DNA of 64,000 bases from Octopus sinensis (lineage: Eukaryota): positions 36,778,464-36,842,463 of the forward strand of contig NC_043011.1 in NCBI RefSeq assembly GCF_006345805.1. The letters are read 5' to 3'. The position numbers and the translations under genes were made by a program. Below are positions 12,864 through 27,050 of this stretch, one piece after another (the first letter of the stretch is position 1; each line of letters opens with the position of its first letter). The notes under the pieces were generated by a model, which made no database searches, was not told the origin of the DNA, and worked only from the letters and a program-made list of their open reading frames with translations.

Positions 12864-14262
12864 TTATATATTTACATATATATGGTACCCCAGCATAGCT
12901 GCAGTAATATGAGTGAAACAAATAAAAGACTAACAGAATATATACATATATATATATACATATATCAAGATTTTTATACAAAGTACAAATTAAACAGAAA
13001 TCAAAACATGGGTTACAAAGAGACATGCGGGGGGCGGGGCGATAGTTTCTTGTATGGCATTTATCAAATTTTCGGAATTTGATGTCATACACAAAACTCT
13101 TGATCATCGATTCGCTCTTTGTCTCTTGCCAATCAAAGGACAACACGTACGCATATTCACACCGCGACACATATATGAAAGTGTGTATGTGTGTATGACT
13201 GTGTTTGTGTGTGTGAGTATATTTATTTGTTTGTGTGCGTGTATATGTGTGTGTGTGTGAGTGTATTTTTATAAACACGGGAGGGCAGAAACAATAAAAA
13301 TGTAAAAAGTGTGTTTGATTTTATTAGTATCTGAACTTCATATCTTTAAACGTATCTACCTTTCTCGAGCTATTTTGCCCGATGTTTTAAGTAATTTACC
13401 ATATGAGTAGTGTTTGACTTTTCTCGCAGTCACATGAAACAAGACTGGCAATGTCCCGTGCCTTTGAACCATTTCGATTTCTTACCTTGCTAACTTTGTT
13501 TCAACGAACAGCAAAAAACCTCACATACACCTCATATAGCAAAAATACTTAGAAGATCGGACAAAACAGCTTGAGAGAGGCAGTTACGTTCCTAAAGATT
13601 TTAAGCTCAGATACTAATATGTCATCGCATATAAGAACATTTTAGTTACCCTCGTAGATTGGAGCTTATGTTATATGACAGTTCCAATATATGGAAGCAA
13701 AATTTGGTAAGTAAAAGAGTCTTTGTATCGCCCTCCTATCTTTTTCCTCTCACAACATTTCAATGCCTTGAACTCCACCAAAACCTCTAGTATGTCTGTA
13801 CACCCCGGTATACATACACATGTCAAGCCCAGCAATGCTTTCGGTTGCTTCATACAGAGAAAATTGCCGGTTCTGGCTGTGATTCTCCCAGTATATTCAA
13901 AGCCTAAGCCCCAAAAGCTGTACAAATACCAACGAAGCCTTTTAAATTCTCACCGTGTTAATTAACCCCTACATTTGGAAGCATCCTTTAGTTTTTCCTA
14001 TTCCATAGAAAGCCCAGTTTTCTTCTCTAAACAACTATTCCCTTCTGCTCTCATTTGTAACATCTCCTATCGAAGAGAGACGAAAATCAGTATTTCGTCT
14101 CTCACTCTCTCCCACTCTTTCTCTCTCTTGCTCTCACTTTCTCACACGCTTTGCTTCTCAAAGAGACACACTCTCTTTTTCTCTCTCTATCTCTCACTCT
14201 TTCACACACGCACATACACACACTCACTGTATTTACTGACCACAAACTACAGCTTCTGTGAT

Positions 14263-14336
14263 GGTGCATGGCTTACTGGTTAGAACGTTAGACTCATGGT
14301 CGTAAGATTGCGGTTTCGATTTCTGTAGTGGGCGAC
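14263..14336 (+). mobile_element. tRNA-derived head of SINE family C (fragment)
   Basis: A-box-like tggcttactggttag and B-box-like ggtttcgatttc; matches the head at 28710-28790. Confidence 0.65.
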
Positions 14337-14367
<31 letters not shown>

Positions 14368-14421
14368 CAAACAGACATACATACATACATACATACATGT
14401 ATATATATATATATATATATG

Positions 14422-14489
<68 letters not shown>

Positions 14490-14713
14490 AAGTATGCATG
14501 TATGTGTATATAGAAAGATACCCCCATATATACATATATACATGTATTTGTGTATGCGTGTGTATATAAATACTATTTATTTATTATTTAGTATTTTATT
14601 TAGTTTTACATAAATGTTTTATCGTATCTTTAATTTTTTTTCTGTATGGTATGATTTAAGTATATCATTGCTGAATTGCTTCATGGTGGTTCTTCTCTAA
14701 TTCATATGCACGC

Positions 14714-14766
<53 letters not shown>

Positions 14767-15634
14767 TGTATGTATGTATATAATCCAGAAGTTTCGAACT
14801 TATTAACAACATTCAATTTCTACTTCACAGAAACTCCAGGTGCGATACACTTTCTACAATGCTTCAATAGAAATACTTGCTTCGTACTGCATATTTCTCT
14901 GTTATGTGACTTTCCTTTCGTTTAACTTCAGAATTTTCGCTATAGATTGCAACACTTTGCTAATAAAACTTTTCGGCATCACAAAAGACAATTCTAGAAA
15001 TAGAAAGTGTTTCAAGTTTTGTAAATTAATTGAGAAAATTAAAGTGATGTCATAGTATAACATTTGCTGCTCTATTGTATGTGCTGTATCTTTCCACAGA
15101 AATATATGAATAGTTATATATATATATATTATATATTTTTTTCTTGAAAGAAGAAACTATATCAAATATATTTTTCAACAATAAAACAAAATAAGAAATT
15201 ACAGAATAAACATCCTATAATAATTACCATCAATTATATTTCAGATTCAAAATCTTAATTCATTAAAAGAAGATTATCTATCTAAAAGCTCAGTTCTATC
15301 ATACTCATTATAAATGATTAATTTTCCAAAATGTCGAAGCCGGAGGAAAGGGAAGTTTTTTTCAGGTACCAATGTCTGCAGTTCATGAATTAACTACGAC
15401 ATACTTTTTCTAGCAACAGATAAAGCATGTGTCTTGTACATGTTGAGATACATATGTATGCATGTATGTATGTTTATATGTATGTATATATGAGTGAGTA
15501 TATAAATGTACAGATAGATACTTTTAAAAATAAATGTATATACACAATCACTCACGCACACATATATATATGAACATATATGTGTATCTATCATTTTCTG
15601 TCTGTTCCTCTCTCTCTCTCTCTCTCTCTCACAC

Positions 15635-15791
15635 GCATTGAGTCGAAGCAGGGGCAGCTGATGAAGGGGAATATTCCTAGTATTTTTTGTCTTGTACTCT
15701 GTTTTTTCGTTGTTAAAAAACGTCCGTTTCCTTGTTTGATGTTATGTTTTGTTTTCTCGTTGTGTTCTACGTTTATTTGTGGTGTCCTGTA

Positions 15792-15829
<38 letters not shown>

Positions 15830-15950
15830 TGTATATACATATAGATGTAGGTATGTACATATATGTATGTATGCATATGTTTTAATTATTAAATTGTTAT
15901 TATATGACTGAACGCCTCGCGTTGTTTTCTTCTTCTCCAAGTAAGTTTTT
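15635..15950 (+). mobile_element. PLE-terminal-like non-coding repeat with internal (TA)n
   Basis: CTGATGA at 15658 and ttgtcttgtac..tgttttttcgt shared with the repeat at 61690-61732. Confidence 0.4.
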
Positions 15951-15951
15951 A

Positions 15952-16002
<51 letters not shown>

Positions 16003-16639
16003 TAGATAGATAGATAGATACATGGATACATACACACACACATATATAACTATATATCTATGAATATATAACACTATGAACTGGTAGCCGCACGTGGAGA
16101 AATGATAGGAAAGGAAAAAGTAATAATAATAAGGCAGAATGCTAAACTTAAGGCAAATTTTAATATAAATGGGTGTAAGGAAAAGTAAAATAGGAAATCA
16201 ATCTGACTTTCATTGCAAGGCAAATTTTCAAGATGAGGAAGGGGAAAAAATATTTTTTTAATGAGGAAGGGGAAAACATTTATCATGTTTTTTCAAAGAA
16301 ATAATAATAAATATATACAAAAATTAATAAATAGGTATACCAATACATCATAGTGTCTTTAAGCTTTTAAAGTTCAATATCATTCCATGGAAAAAAAACT
16401 TGTTTGAAGGATTAGAATGCATGTGTTTTAGTGTAGTGTTTTGTTCGAGAAGGTTGGATGTTTATATGTCAAAACAAGAAATGGGGTAGGAGTTATCCAG
16501 TTCCTGTTAATTAAGGGAGACAATTCTGTGGGTTTTATATTCCATAATTGGAATGCTGGATTTGTTTCGAACATGATGCTTATATCAATTTTTTGTCAAA
16601 CAGGATGCTAGAAAAATGAATACGGTCACCGTGGAGTTT

Positions 16640-17074
16640 GCATATTAAGAAGCATTTGGAATTTTTCAATAAAAGATTCTCCTTGTTGATTCTTTCTTGT
16701 ATTAATTGGTTGAAGGAGAGGTTTTCTTTTAGCTTCTCGTCCATAATACCCAAGCTTATGCAGATATGTAACATACGTTCTAGGACTAACGTCTACCTGT
16801 TTTGCGATGTTAGAAGCCTTGGAACGGGGTTCATTTTCCACAGTTATCTTCAAACAGCGAAGCTTCCTTTCCGAGGGCCCAGGTCGACCGGGACGAGAAT
16901 CTGTTGATTCTTTTCCTTTGCTTTTGAATTACACTATAATTTTATTAACAGTAGTAAGAGGAATTTGAAGATTTTCGGCAAATTTTCACTGGCTAATACC
17001 AGACTCAAATGGCCCAACAATACGATCTCTTTGAAAATCTGACAGTTCTGCTGAATTTGTTTTCTGTGTGGCAT
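16640..17074 (-). pseudogene. Tc1-family transposase N-terminal half
   Basis: [84 protein letters not shown]: paired-like HTH, GRPR-like motif and second HTH. Confidence 0.88.
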
Positions 17075-18119
17075 GGTTAGTCTTAGCAAATGTTTAATAT
17101 AATGGCACCTGGAATGAAACAGAATAATTACATTGTAAATTCTACACTGCTGAAAACATATTAAGAGGCTTAGATCAGAAATTTTGAAAATAAAAGCAGT
17201 CTATTTCCTTCCTGCATGTCTGTATGTATATATATATGTATGTATATATATGTATATATTTATACATACATTTATACATACATACATACATACACACACA
17301 CATACACACACACACACACATATATATATATGTTATATATGTTATATATGAATGTGTATGTCCATTCATCGCCGCACAGATTTACAACCGGTGCTAGTCT
17401 GTTTACATCACCGGATCTTAGATGCTCAGCCAAAATTTTATTAGAATAACAACTAGACCTACAAAATGGATGATAGGTTTTAATTTGACTGAATAAATCT
17501 ACAAGACGGTGCTTCAGCTTGCCGTTGTCCGATAATTGGAAGACGAGTGAGAGAGGGGGAGAGAGAGAGAGAGAAAGAAAGAAAGAGAAAGAGTGAGAGA
17601 GAATGGAGGCTAGATTTCTTGGATTTTGAGTGATTGTGAGTACAATTTCCTAGAATATATATATCGCCCCCAATACACGGCTGGTATATTATTTGGTCGA
17701 TTTTCCATATAACAAAAGCGAAATCAACTTAGTCATGATTTGAACTGAGAGACGCAGTATTATTTACACATCCTCTCACTTGTTCATAACATAACTATTC
17801 CTTTGTTAACGATATTTTTGTGCTTAATCAAAAGAAATTATTATTAATGAATAAAAGAACTGATTTTTTTTTAATGAACCGAGCTAATTAAGGGAACCAT
17901 TCTGAAAAGACTAACAGATTGCCTGAGCTCTTTTGTGTTCGAATTCCATAGAAATAAGCAATTCAACATGTAATATTCGTAGTATGGCGTTTTCTTGCAT
18001 TTGTACCGATTCGTCTGCATTTGTTAGCTTCATGTTTAGATCAGGCTTTTGTGAAAACTTGTACAACTTAACTATGGAGAATATTGCAAGACCAAAAACG
18101 AATAAAAAAGAAAGAATAA

Positions 18120-18183
18120 TAAATTTATTATTATTAAAGAAGAAATATTATTATTACTATCATTATTATTGCTATTATTATTA

Positions 18184-18218
<35 letters not shown>

Positions 18219-18450
18219 GTTTTTGTTATTATTGTAGTACTAGTTGTAGAAAGGAATACTATTACCATATTATTGTTAATAATAATAATAATGATAATAA
18301 TAACAATAACAATAATAATAATAATAATAATAAAAACAATAACAATAATAATAATAATAATAATAATAATATTAATAATAATAATATGAATGATGATATT
18401 AATAATAATTATTATTATTAGTGTTGTTGTTGTTATTGTTATTATTATTA
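18120..18450. repeat. Compound (ATT)n/(AAT)n/(GTT)n microsatellite
   Basis: Direct reading. Confidence 0.93.
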
Positions 18451-20745
18451 CTATTTCCACTATTAACTTTCTTATTGGTGTTACTTCGGCATTGATTTGT
18501 GATATATTTTTTTCCTTGAGTCTGTGTGCTCATTGCATTTAAAAAAAAATCTTAATTATAATTATAATCACTAAAATGTAAAAAAAAAATAAAACCAACG
18601 AAATACTTATGATTAGAAAATTGTAATTATGAGAAATTAAAATAAAGAATTAAATAATTCTGAATATGAAAACACGTAATGTTCAGAAACAAATTGCAGA
18701 AAATGCTACCGAGTTTTTTTCCTATGACATTTTGGTTTAAGGTGCACAAAGTAAATAAATAAATAATATAAAAAAGAAGAAAGGCAAGACTCCGTTTCTT
18801 TACCATATTCTCTCATTAACTTGTATTTTGCCAATGATGCAATGTTGAATTTAGTATCTAAAAAGGCAATTATTAAATGACTTTTCAGGTGACTAATTAA
18901 GGAAGTGTGTATAAAGTTCAGGCGATTTAGGTTATAAGTTAGGGTAGATGCAGTAAAAAAAGTGTATATGCAGATGTAGTACTCTGGTTATATTCATTTA
19001 ATTCTCTAAAGAAATGTATATTATTTCTGTAATATTCATTTTTGTAATAATACGGTTAAAAGCTCCATAGTTTATTTAGTTACAGATACAGGAAATCTTC
19101 CAAAATGAAATCAAATCGAAGGAAACAAAATATAATTGTTACAGAGCACTTTATTGTCGTTGAGTACCAACCGGATGCTGTTGCAACTCCCAACCTCTCT
19201 CTCCAGCTATCACACCCTAGATGTTTCGGTGAGTTAGAGATAAGAGGATCGAAAAGGTATCTATGTTTGCTCGCGGACACATAGACACCTAAAACAATTA
19301 GTAAAGGTATGGAGTACATTACCAAACCATACTCGCTTGCCAGTGACGTCTGACTGTACTCTGAGGTACTTATTCTTGGCTAGTCATATCAATGACTAAA
19401 GGAAGTGAACCTGAGATTATCCCCACTATTATTCATATACAGCATATTCCGTTTACAATATTAATAGCGTCAGTCGTTTTCTTAATAGTAGTATGCAAAT
19501 TGAGGAATATGTGAGTGATATTTCTATCAGGTTTCGTACACGTATTCCCTGTCGAGGGTTTCTTGTATGTAAAAGATTATTAATCTGTTAGGTATCCATG
19601 TTTTGAATGTAATGTAAAAAGTTTCAGCATAAAGAGGAAGCAAAAACTTATGCAATGTAATAGATTCAAGTCCTAATTCTCTGGTGTCATTCCATGCTTA
19701 GAAAGAATTGATTTTAGTTACATAACAAGTATCTTGAAAGCTCATGCAATATGTCATATCTGACAAAATCGTGGCAGGAAACAAACTATTAGATAAGTTA
19801 TTGTTATACAGCACATATTTCGTGAATTGAAACGTGCTACAAAATTTTAATTGTATTTTGAGCGGTAAAACACTTTATTTTTCTTATCTCCTTAGTTCGA
19901 TCTGTATTAAATCATACCATATTCTCTTACAAAGGAAAAACACGTACATCCAAAGCTTCGTTTGTCAAGGAATATTTACAAAGGAAAGGTCACGCCATTA
20001 TAGCCGTAGTTATATAAAGAAATGTCCTGATAGCTAGAGTGATTGTGCGTCTCACCGACGAGTGCTATCTCGGGGTTAAACTACGAAAAGTATAAACGTA
20101 CTACATAGCCTACGATGCTTTATGACTCATGCAACTTCCAGCACAAGAAAAGCTAAATGCTAGATGTTAAAAAATCCTCAGAGTTTAACAGCTAATTAGC
20201 AATATGTCGACGCTCATGCAACTTGTTATGTTCTCAACATGTCTAAATATTACTAAAAAATACATCCGAAATATTTTTGCTTCAAAGCAATTTTCGCGGT
20301 TAAACTTTAAACTTAAAAGCATATCTCAGATAATATATTCATTCAAAAAGAACCTTGTTAATATTTCATTAATAATGGATTAGCTAATTCTTTTTTCGAC
20401 AATACGATGAAAGCAAAATGCTGACTTCTAATATAACTTCCAAAATGAATCGATAGTTTTTTTTGTCTTTCCAAACTTTGAAACAAGTAAATTTTTATCA
20501 TAATCACAGTTTCCTTGGGATTAAATAATATGAAATGTTAAACTCTAAGATATTTTAAAGTTTTTTATTTTATTTTGTGAGTTGCATGCCGATATACATA
20601 CATACATACATACATGCATACATACATAGTTGTACGTACATACTTATACACACATACTTACACTTATACACACACGCACACATATATACGACTCAGTGAA
20701 AATGCCGATACATATTTAAAATTTTGGACTAAAACATACATTTCA

Positions 20746-20798
20746 AAATGCTGCTGCTGCTGCTGCTACTACTACTACTACTACTACTACTACTGCTG

Positions 20799-20839
<41 letters not shown>

Positions 20840-20846
20840 GTTGCTG
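20746..20846. repeat. (CTG)n/(CTA)n microsatellite
   Basis: Direct reading. Confidence 0.93.
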
Positions 20847-21227
20847 CATCTTTTCATTTTGATATATACAGATTATAAACGTTGGTTCCTTCCACAACAG
20901 AAAACGCCTCAAATTAATAGCGAGAATATGACTACGGGTACGGTTCATACATTTGTTCTGTATATGTAAGTAGTTGGTGAAATAGCCCAGAGAGAAAATT
21001 CTTCTCCTAGACATCATGCGTTATAACGCATAGCTGAAGATACGAAAGAGGGCAGAAACGCAGTCATCCGGTGATGATATTCACTGTCCAGTTGTGTTTC
21101 AACATACGACGTCTAGATGGAGAATCTTTTCACGGGTCAACTTCCGCAGTGACAATACACGAATATATTTCATTCAATGCTGCCCGTCAGTCGCCTTTAC
21201 ATGTATATATATATTACTCTTTTACTC

Positions 21228-21587
21228 TTTTACTTGTTTCAGTCATTTGACTGCGGCCATGCTGGAGCACCGCCTTTAGTCGAGCGAATCGACCCCGGGA
21301 CTTATTCTTTGTAAGCCCAGTACTTATTCTATCGGTCTCTTTTGCCGAACCGCTAAGTGACGGCGACGTAAACACACCAGCATCGGTTGTCAAGCAATGC
21401 TAGAGGGACAAACACAGACACACAAACATATACATACACATACATACATATATATACATATATACGACAGGTTTCTTTCAGTTTCCGTCAACCAAATCCA
21501 CTCACAAGGCATTGGTCGGCACGCAGATGCCACGCAGTGGGACTGAACCCAGAACCATGCGGTTGGCAGGCAAGCTACTTACCACAC
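21228..21587 (-). mobile_element. SINE family A, near full length with an internal deletion in the core
   Basis: Tail ggcggtgctccagcatggccgcagtcaaatgactgaaacaagtaaaaga, central (TATG)n and tRNA-like head; lacks cgaggctatagtagaagacacttgcccaag. Confidence 0.9.
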
Positions 21588-22370
21588 GGTGAGAAATTTG
21601 ATATTAATTTAATTAATATCAATTTCACATCAGTGGTCTAGTATATAAAGAAAAATGAAGATTCACTAAAATTGTATCATATACACTATATATATATATA
21701 TATATTTTGTATTATATTCGCTTGGACGGTCACACCGAAGATCCTCGGAGACCTTGCGTAATATGGTGATAGTGAAACATGTATGTGAATAATCCATATT
21801 TTTATCGCTTTTCTTTTGTCTTGCTCGATTACGTTTTGGTTATTTGCTGAATTTATTTCTTGAGAATATTTGTTAGTGGTAAAAACCATAGCGTATCTAT
21901 TTCTAATATAAGGGCATCCACATAGTGGTTTCCTTCTCATATGTATATACTAACTGACCAGTTATATCTGGCTGTAGCCCCTGGTCTACGTACTTTGGAC
22001 AATGGGTGGATTGAATAAATGCCTACTTGTAGTAAGAGAAAAATTATATTAAATTAATAAGCAATTTATTATGATAATTACTATTTCTTAGTACTTAGTA
22101 CTATAAACATAATTATTATTACTAACACTGTATTGTACTTTTACACCTCATTTGACCTACCCTGTTTGCGTTAATAGCTATTATTTTTCTAACCTATGAC
22201 CCCTCCGTACATAGGAGTAGTCCATCAAATACCCTTTTTATTTTATTTTAAAGTTTGGTCATTTGCTTAGTGTCCAATAGCTCTACACGCAACTTGACAC
22301 GACTCTCACAATATTCAACCTTTCCTTCTTCTTTTCTTCTCTCTTCTTTTTATTTATTTATTCATTTATT

Positions 22371-22493
22371 TCCCACTCTGACGAAGCTCCGTGATTCAAA
22401 TCAGTTTTATTACCAACTATGATAAATATTTTCTTAGCATCATAATGGATATTCCAGAGAAACATTGGTAGCAGAAACAGCTGTTAGATGGGA
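22371..22493 (+). ncRNA. Type I hammerhead ribozyme motif, solo PLE-terminal type
   Basis: Stem I tcccact/agatggga (one bulge); CTGACGA at 22378-22384; long branched stem II; GAAA at 22474-22477; palindromic stem III ACAGCTGT; GUU triplet ending 22485. Confidence 0.72.
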
Positions 22494-22747
22494 TGCAGTC
22501 TTCTGGTAAGTTATTAATAAATGATAATTGATTAAAATCAATTGCTGTTCATCAATGTTTCTCCATTTTATGTCTTCCTTAAATTTTGATTTCTGATAAA
22601 CTCCTGTTTATCCTTGTCTTTATCTAAAATTTATGAGCATGACATTTTTGCACATGTTTAAATATAGGTAATATAGCGGTAGTATTTTGGATGTTTTTAT
22701 CCCTTAAATGGTGATTTTAACCTCTAGCCTTATACATATATATATAC

Positions 22748-23095
22748 CAACCCCATGGTTCCGGGCTCAGTCCCACAGCGTGGCAATCTTGGGCAAATGT
22801 CTTCTACTATAGCCTCGGGCCGACCAAAGCCTTGTGAGTGGATTTGGTAGACCGAAACTGAAAGAAGCCCGTCGTATATATATATATATGTGTGTATGTA
22901 TATGTATGTGTGTCTGTGTTTGTCCCCCCAACATTGCTTGACAACCGATGCTGTTGTGTTTACGTCCCCGATTCGGCAAGAGAGACCAATAGAATAAGTA
23001 CTAGGCTTACAAATAATAAGTCCGGTGTTGATTTGCTCGACTAAAGGCGGTGCTCCATTATGGCCGCAGTAAAAGAACTGAAACAAAGAAAATAA
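22748..23095 (+). mobile_element. SINE family A
   Basis: ggttccgggctcagtcccac..ttgggcaaatgtcttctactatagcctcgggccgacc..ctaaaggcggtgctcc..ctgaaacaaag. Confidence 0.9.
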
Positions 23096-23112
23096 TGAAA
23101 GAAAAAAGAAAA

Positions 23113-23149
<37 letters not shown>

Positions 23150-23578
23150 CGTGTGTGAGTAACTCTAGAGTCACACCCTTATTTATAGAGGTAATGCTCT
23201 ATACAAAACCACAGGCACCCACCACGTCGGTCCGGGCTGGTGTCAGGGGTCATAAATTCCTACAGCGTTGTCTGTATCCTTGAGGAGATCGTGCCATTCT
23301 TCTCTTTGTCGCGCACAAAAGTTTATTTCGATCTGAAAGTGCTGCACACCTAGTCAGGAACACTAAACCCCAACTGACCTGCAAGTGGAGGCGAATCACG
23401 ATCTTTATTATGCAATATAAACGGATATGCAATGTAGCAAGGTTTCTTATGCTAAAAATACAAAAGTTGATGTATGGAAACCTATTTTGTTTTGTGCGTT
23501 TATAGATAGCTGATGAAATGAAGTTGTCCCATTGAACTTAATTTTATTCCTCGTGCCTCTCTGAAAATACCTGAAGGG

Positions 23579-23610
<32 letters not shown>

Positions 23611-26214
23611 ATCAGATAGACTAAGAGAGACAGCAGATACGTATAGTACGAATATGTACACGTTATTCGGTGTCAGTCGTTCGATTTGCGTAATTTATGG
23701 TACAACAGTTACTATAAAGAATGCAAATGTAATTAGAAGTGTAGTAGCGTTCAATACAAACAGACATGCGCGCTATAGGCCTTGGTCTTAAAAATACTAA
23801 AATGTTGTATTGCAATGACCTAGTCATCAATTCATATGGTTGATGTTGTCCCTGAATATGGACATATACAGTGTTGTCTTCAGACCAGCATTGTTGACTT
23901 TCCTTAATTGGTGTCATTGTCATTATAGCAGTATTTCCGTTGATTTCTCTTTTTTTTCTTCTAATACAACTTGGTAAATAGATATAAAACAGAAGCCATT
24001 CAAGGAGTCAGTGACTTGTTGAGGGAAAGGCTGAAAGAATCATCAGACCAGAAACCTAATACAATTCACTGCATCACTCAAGCACCATGTCAGGTGGAGT
24101 TGATATTAAACCGTGCAGCATAGATTTTCCGACACATGGTGAATCAAAGGCTGTAACAGATGACTTTTAACACCTGCTTCTGCAGCTAAGGTTATGAAAC
24201 TCGCACGCACACTCACACACACAAATAATTTGTTTTCTCAGAGATGAACAAGTATTTATTGTTAAAAGGAGGAGTATAAGCACACATGAAACCGATGTTT
24301 TCTCAATCACAAAACGTACCGTGACATGAGATGGAAACTGTGACCACGAAGGTCCGAATCAAATCTCTTAACTACATAGTCGTTCCTTTTCCCTCGTTGG
24401 TGTTACTGTGCAAAATGTTTTTAACAGAAGTTTCACTGGAATTGATTTTCGACTGTATCTCCTTGTTATAAAAGTAGATTTTTATCAAAGTCTCTGTTAA
24501 AAGAATAAATTGACTTATTTTTTCTGTCTTAAATTGAATTTCAATCTTGCCTCAGATATAATTGCGTAAATGTAGATGCGCTCCTGCTGTGCGTCTGTGC
24601 CTGCCAATCTATATATATATGTAGTAATATATCATGTATTATAAAATGGTTGTTGCTATCGTTGTCTAGCCCCAGGCCATCCCTGATTGAGCCGACTTAT
24701 GATCAAAGGTTTGATTTCAAGAATACTGTAATATGAAATGTTTTGTATATGTATATATATTGTATGTAAGTACGTATGGATATGTTTTTGTGTGTTTCTA
24801 CGTTTGATCTTCAGAACAAAAGAAGGCAACTCCTGAAAGAGCGTGAAGGTGAGGGTGAGGTTAAAGGTGGTTGGCAGGAAGGTTGGAGAGACGGCGTACA
24901 AAAGCCAGACGTTCCTGTCTAAACTATGACTCTCCACCATTCTTTACTATGTCGAGAAAAGAATCATCAAATAAATTCAACAGCGAAAAAATAAAGGAAA
25001 GTAAAAAGGAAAGAACACACAAATAATAATGTGAAGTTGTATTCTAATAAAGTCTCAGATAAGGAATTTGCAACACGGATTTTAATTTCATGAATAATAT
25101 GTGTATACAGCTTTATATGAATTCGAGATAGAATCTAAATCCTCTGTGGCTTCCTTCAACAGCAATTATCTGGCTAAGAACGCGGTAGTAATCTGTAGGT
25201 AATATAATATGACTGTCCAAAAGAAACACTGTGCTCTGTAGATAACAGCAAAGCAAGGTCTGTTTCCTACAGTGCAATTACTGCGTAAACTTAAATCGTG
25301 TTTATGATATCTAATCAAGTTTTAGATGTGATCTTACTAATAAATGAAATACTACAAGGATGAAAAGACAATTTGCAAAGTTATTGTTGTGATAAAAGCA
25401 ACACTACAAAAACCGTGGAATATTTCAGGTTGTAAAAAAAAGAAAATGAATTCCATGATGGGTGTAATTTACCCCTTAAAGATAAAAAAAATTGCACGAA
25501 CCCAAAGCACGACAGATGAATCAGTCGGTGTGGGGAGAAATCAATTAAACAATATATTCTATTGTTTTAATTTCTCATCTCAATTTGTTTCAGTTACATA
25601 TAAACTTGCATTCACCCAACTCCACAACAATGCGTACACACAGCTTACATTTGCATCCATACATCCTACGGATCTAGTCGCGTTTTGCCTCAACTCCATT
25701 TCACCTTTCTCATTTCTTCTTTACATGTCTCAACTCTCTACCTCTGTCATCATCGTTCATTTAATCTTTACTTTGATTTTCACGAAGAAAAAATAAAATA
25801 CAGCATAAGCAATAAAGGACAGTCGAAGTAGTTCTACAACATTCGGCACTAGATAAACACAGACCAGCAAAGTAGACTCTGCTTGGGCCTGCAGAATGTG
25901 TGGAATAATAGCCGAATTTCCTCAAAATGAACATTTGCATCATATAAAAGATACATAGTAGACAATATAGTCCAATATGTAAAATTAGACGCGATGTTCA
26001 TTTATAGCTTCTCAATAAAAACTGAATCGGAGCTAAACAACATCATCATTGCCGTCATCATCAGCAAAAGAAAATATTAACATCATTAAGCGTTTACAGT
26101 ATGTTCGGGCTTAATTCACCAGTTTGCGTAAAAAAGGAAAGAAAACAATATCATCCAGAATAAAAGTATTTGAAAAATTCAAAAGATATCAGTAAGATTA
26201 TGGCGGATTGATAA

Positions 26215-27050
26215 CAGTTTCCTCAAAATGGCCTCCCGCAGCTTCTAACACGGCCTCAAAACAGATCCGGAACCTGGTGCTTGCGTTCCCACTGTGTTCC
26301 TGGGAAGAACTTCGAATACCTCTTTGATATTGGCCAGCTCGGCCTTTCTGTTGCAGGCAAAGCGATTGATGCCTTTTTCAACCGCATACCACATCGTAAT
26401 CCATAGGTTTACGATCGGGAGTGGAGTTAGGATGCCCAAAATTGGGGTTGATGAAGTGATAGAGATTTTGTAACAACCATATCTGACGCTTTCCTGAGGT
26501 ATGATAAGGAACCGAGTCCGGCTACAAAATATATGGCCTTCCAGAGACTACCCTCTCCGAGCTAGGGTTTGACCACTGTCTTTGGAGGATTCACATGAAC
26601 GTCTGAATTGAGCCTAAGACCCTGTTCACAGATGTGGGACGTCATGATGTCATGCTCACTGGAGACATAAAAGCCCATCACAATTTGAGGGAAACTGGTT
26701 ATCATATGTGGGACATCAGATGGATTATAGGCAAACAACATGTTGTTCTCGGTCTTGTGCAAGCTGGTCGGGTAGAAGTCCTTTTTATTTGAGTACTCCC
26801 TGTATACCATGATGCCCCAGCTTGTTCAAGAGCCTTTTTTCATTCATTAAGTGATTCGCCTTGGTCTTGCTTCTCGGAATTTGTCCTTTGAGCCTCTTCT
26901 ACGACAGCTTTATGGTGGCGACTTAACACCCATCTATCTCGACAAAGCCTGGATTCCCTTGCTCGGATCTTCTAGCTCCTTGTCCTGTAGTAATTATTGG
27001 ATGAACTCCGGCGCGCCGGTGCAGTCAGAATTCATGTTGTGTCATTTCCT
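26215..27050 (-). pseudogene. maT (DD37D-like) Tc1/mariner transposase relic
   Basis: YSNKKDF (FSDEK-like), GRPYIL*PDSVPYHTS..NSTPDRKPMDY and KEVFEVLPRNTV. The second-to-third D spacing is 38 residues including one apparent codon insertion, compatible with DD37D. Confidence 0.82.

Noticed and set aside
15658-15700. CTGATGA as a hammerhead core
   Set aside because: No GAAA closing a stem II and no stem III downstream; at best a partial relic.
23510-23575. CTGATGA with a later GAAA
   Set aside because: No stem II pairing and no NUH triplet or stem I.
25344-25796. 150-aa non-repetitive ORF
   Set aside because: No recognisable domain, low-information composition and no supporting splice context.
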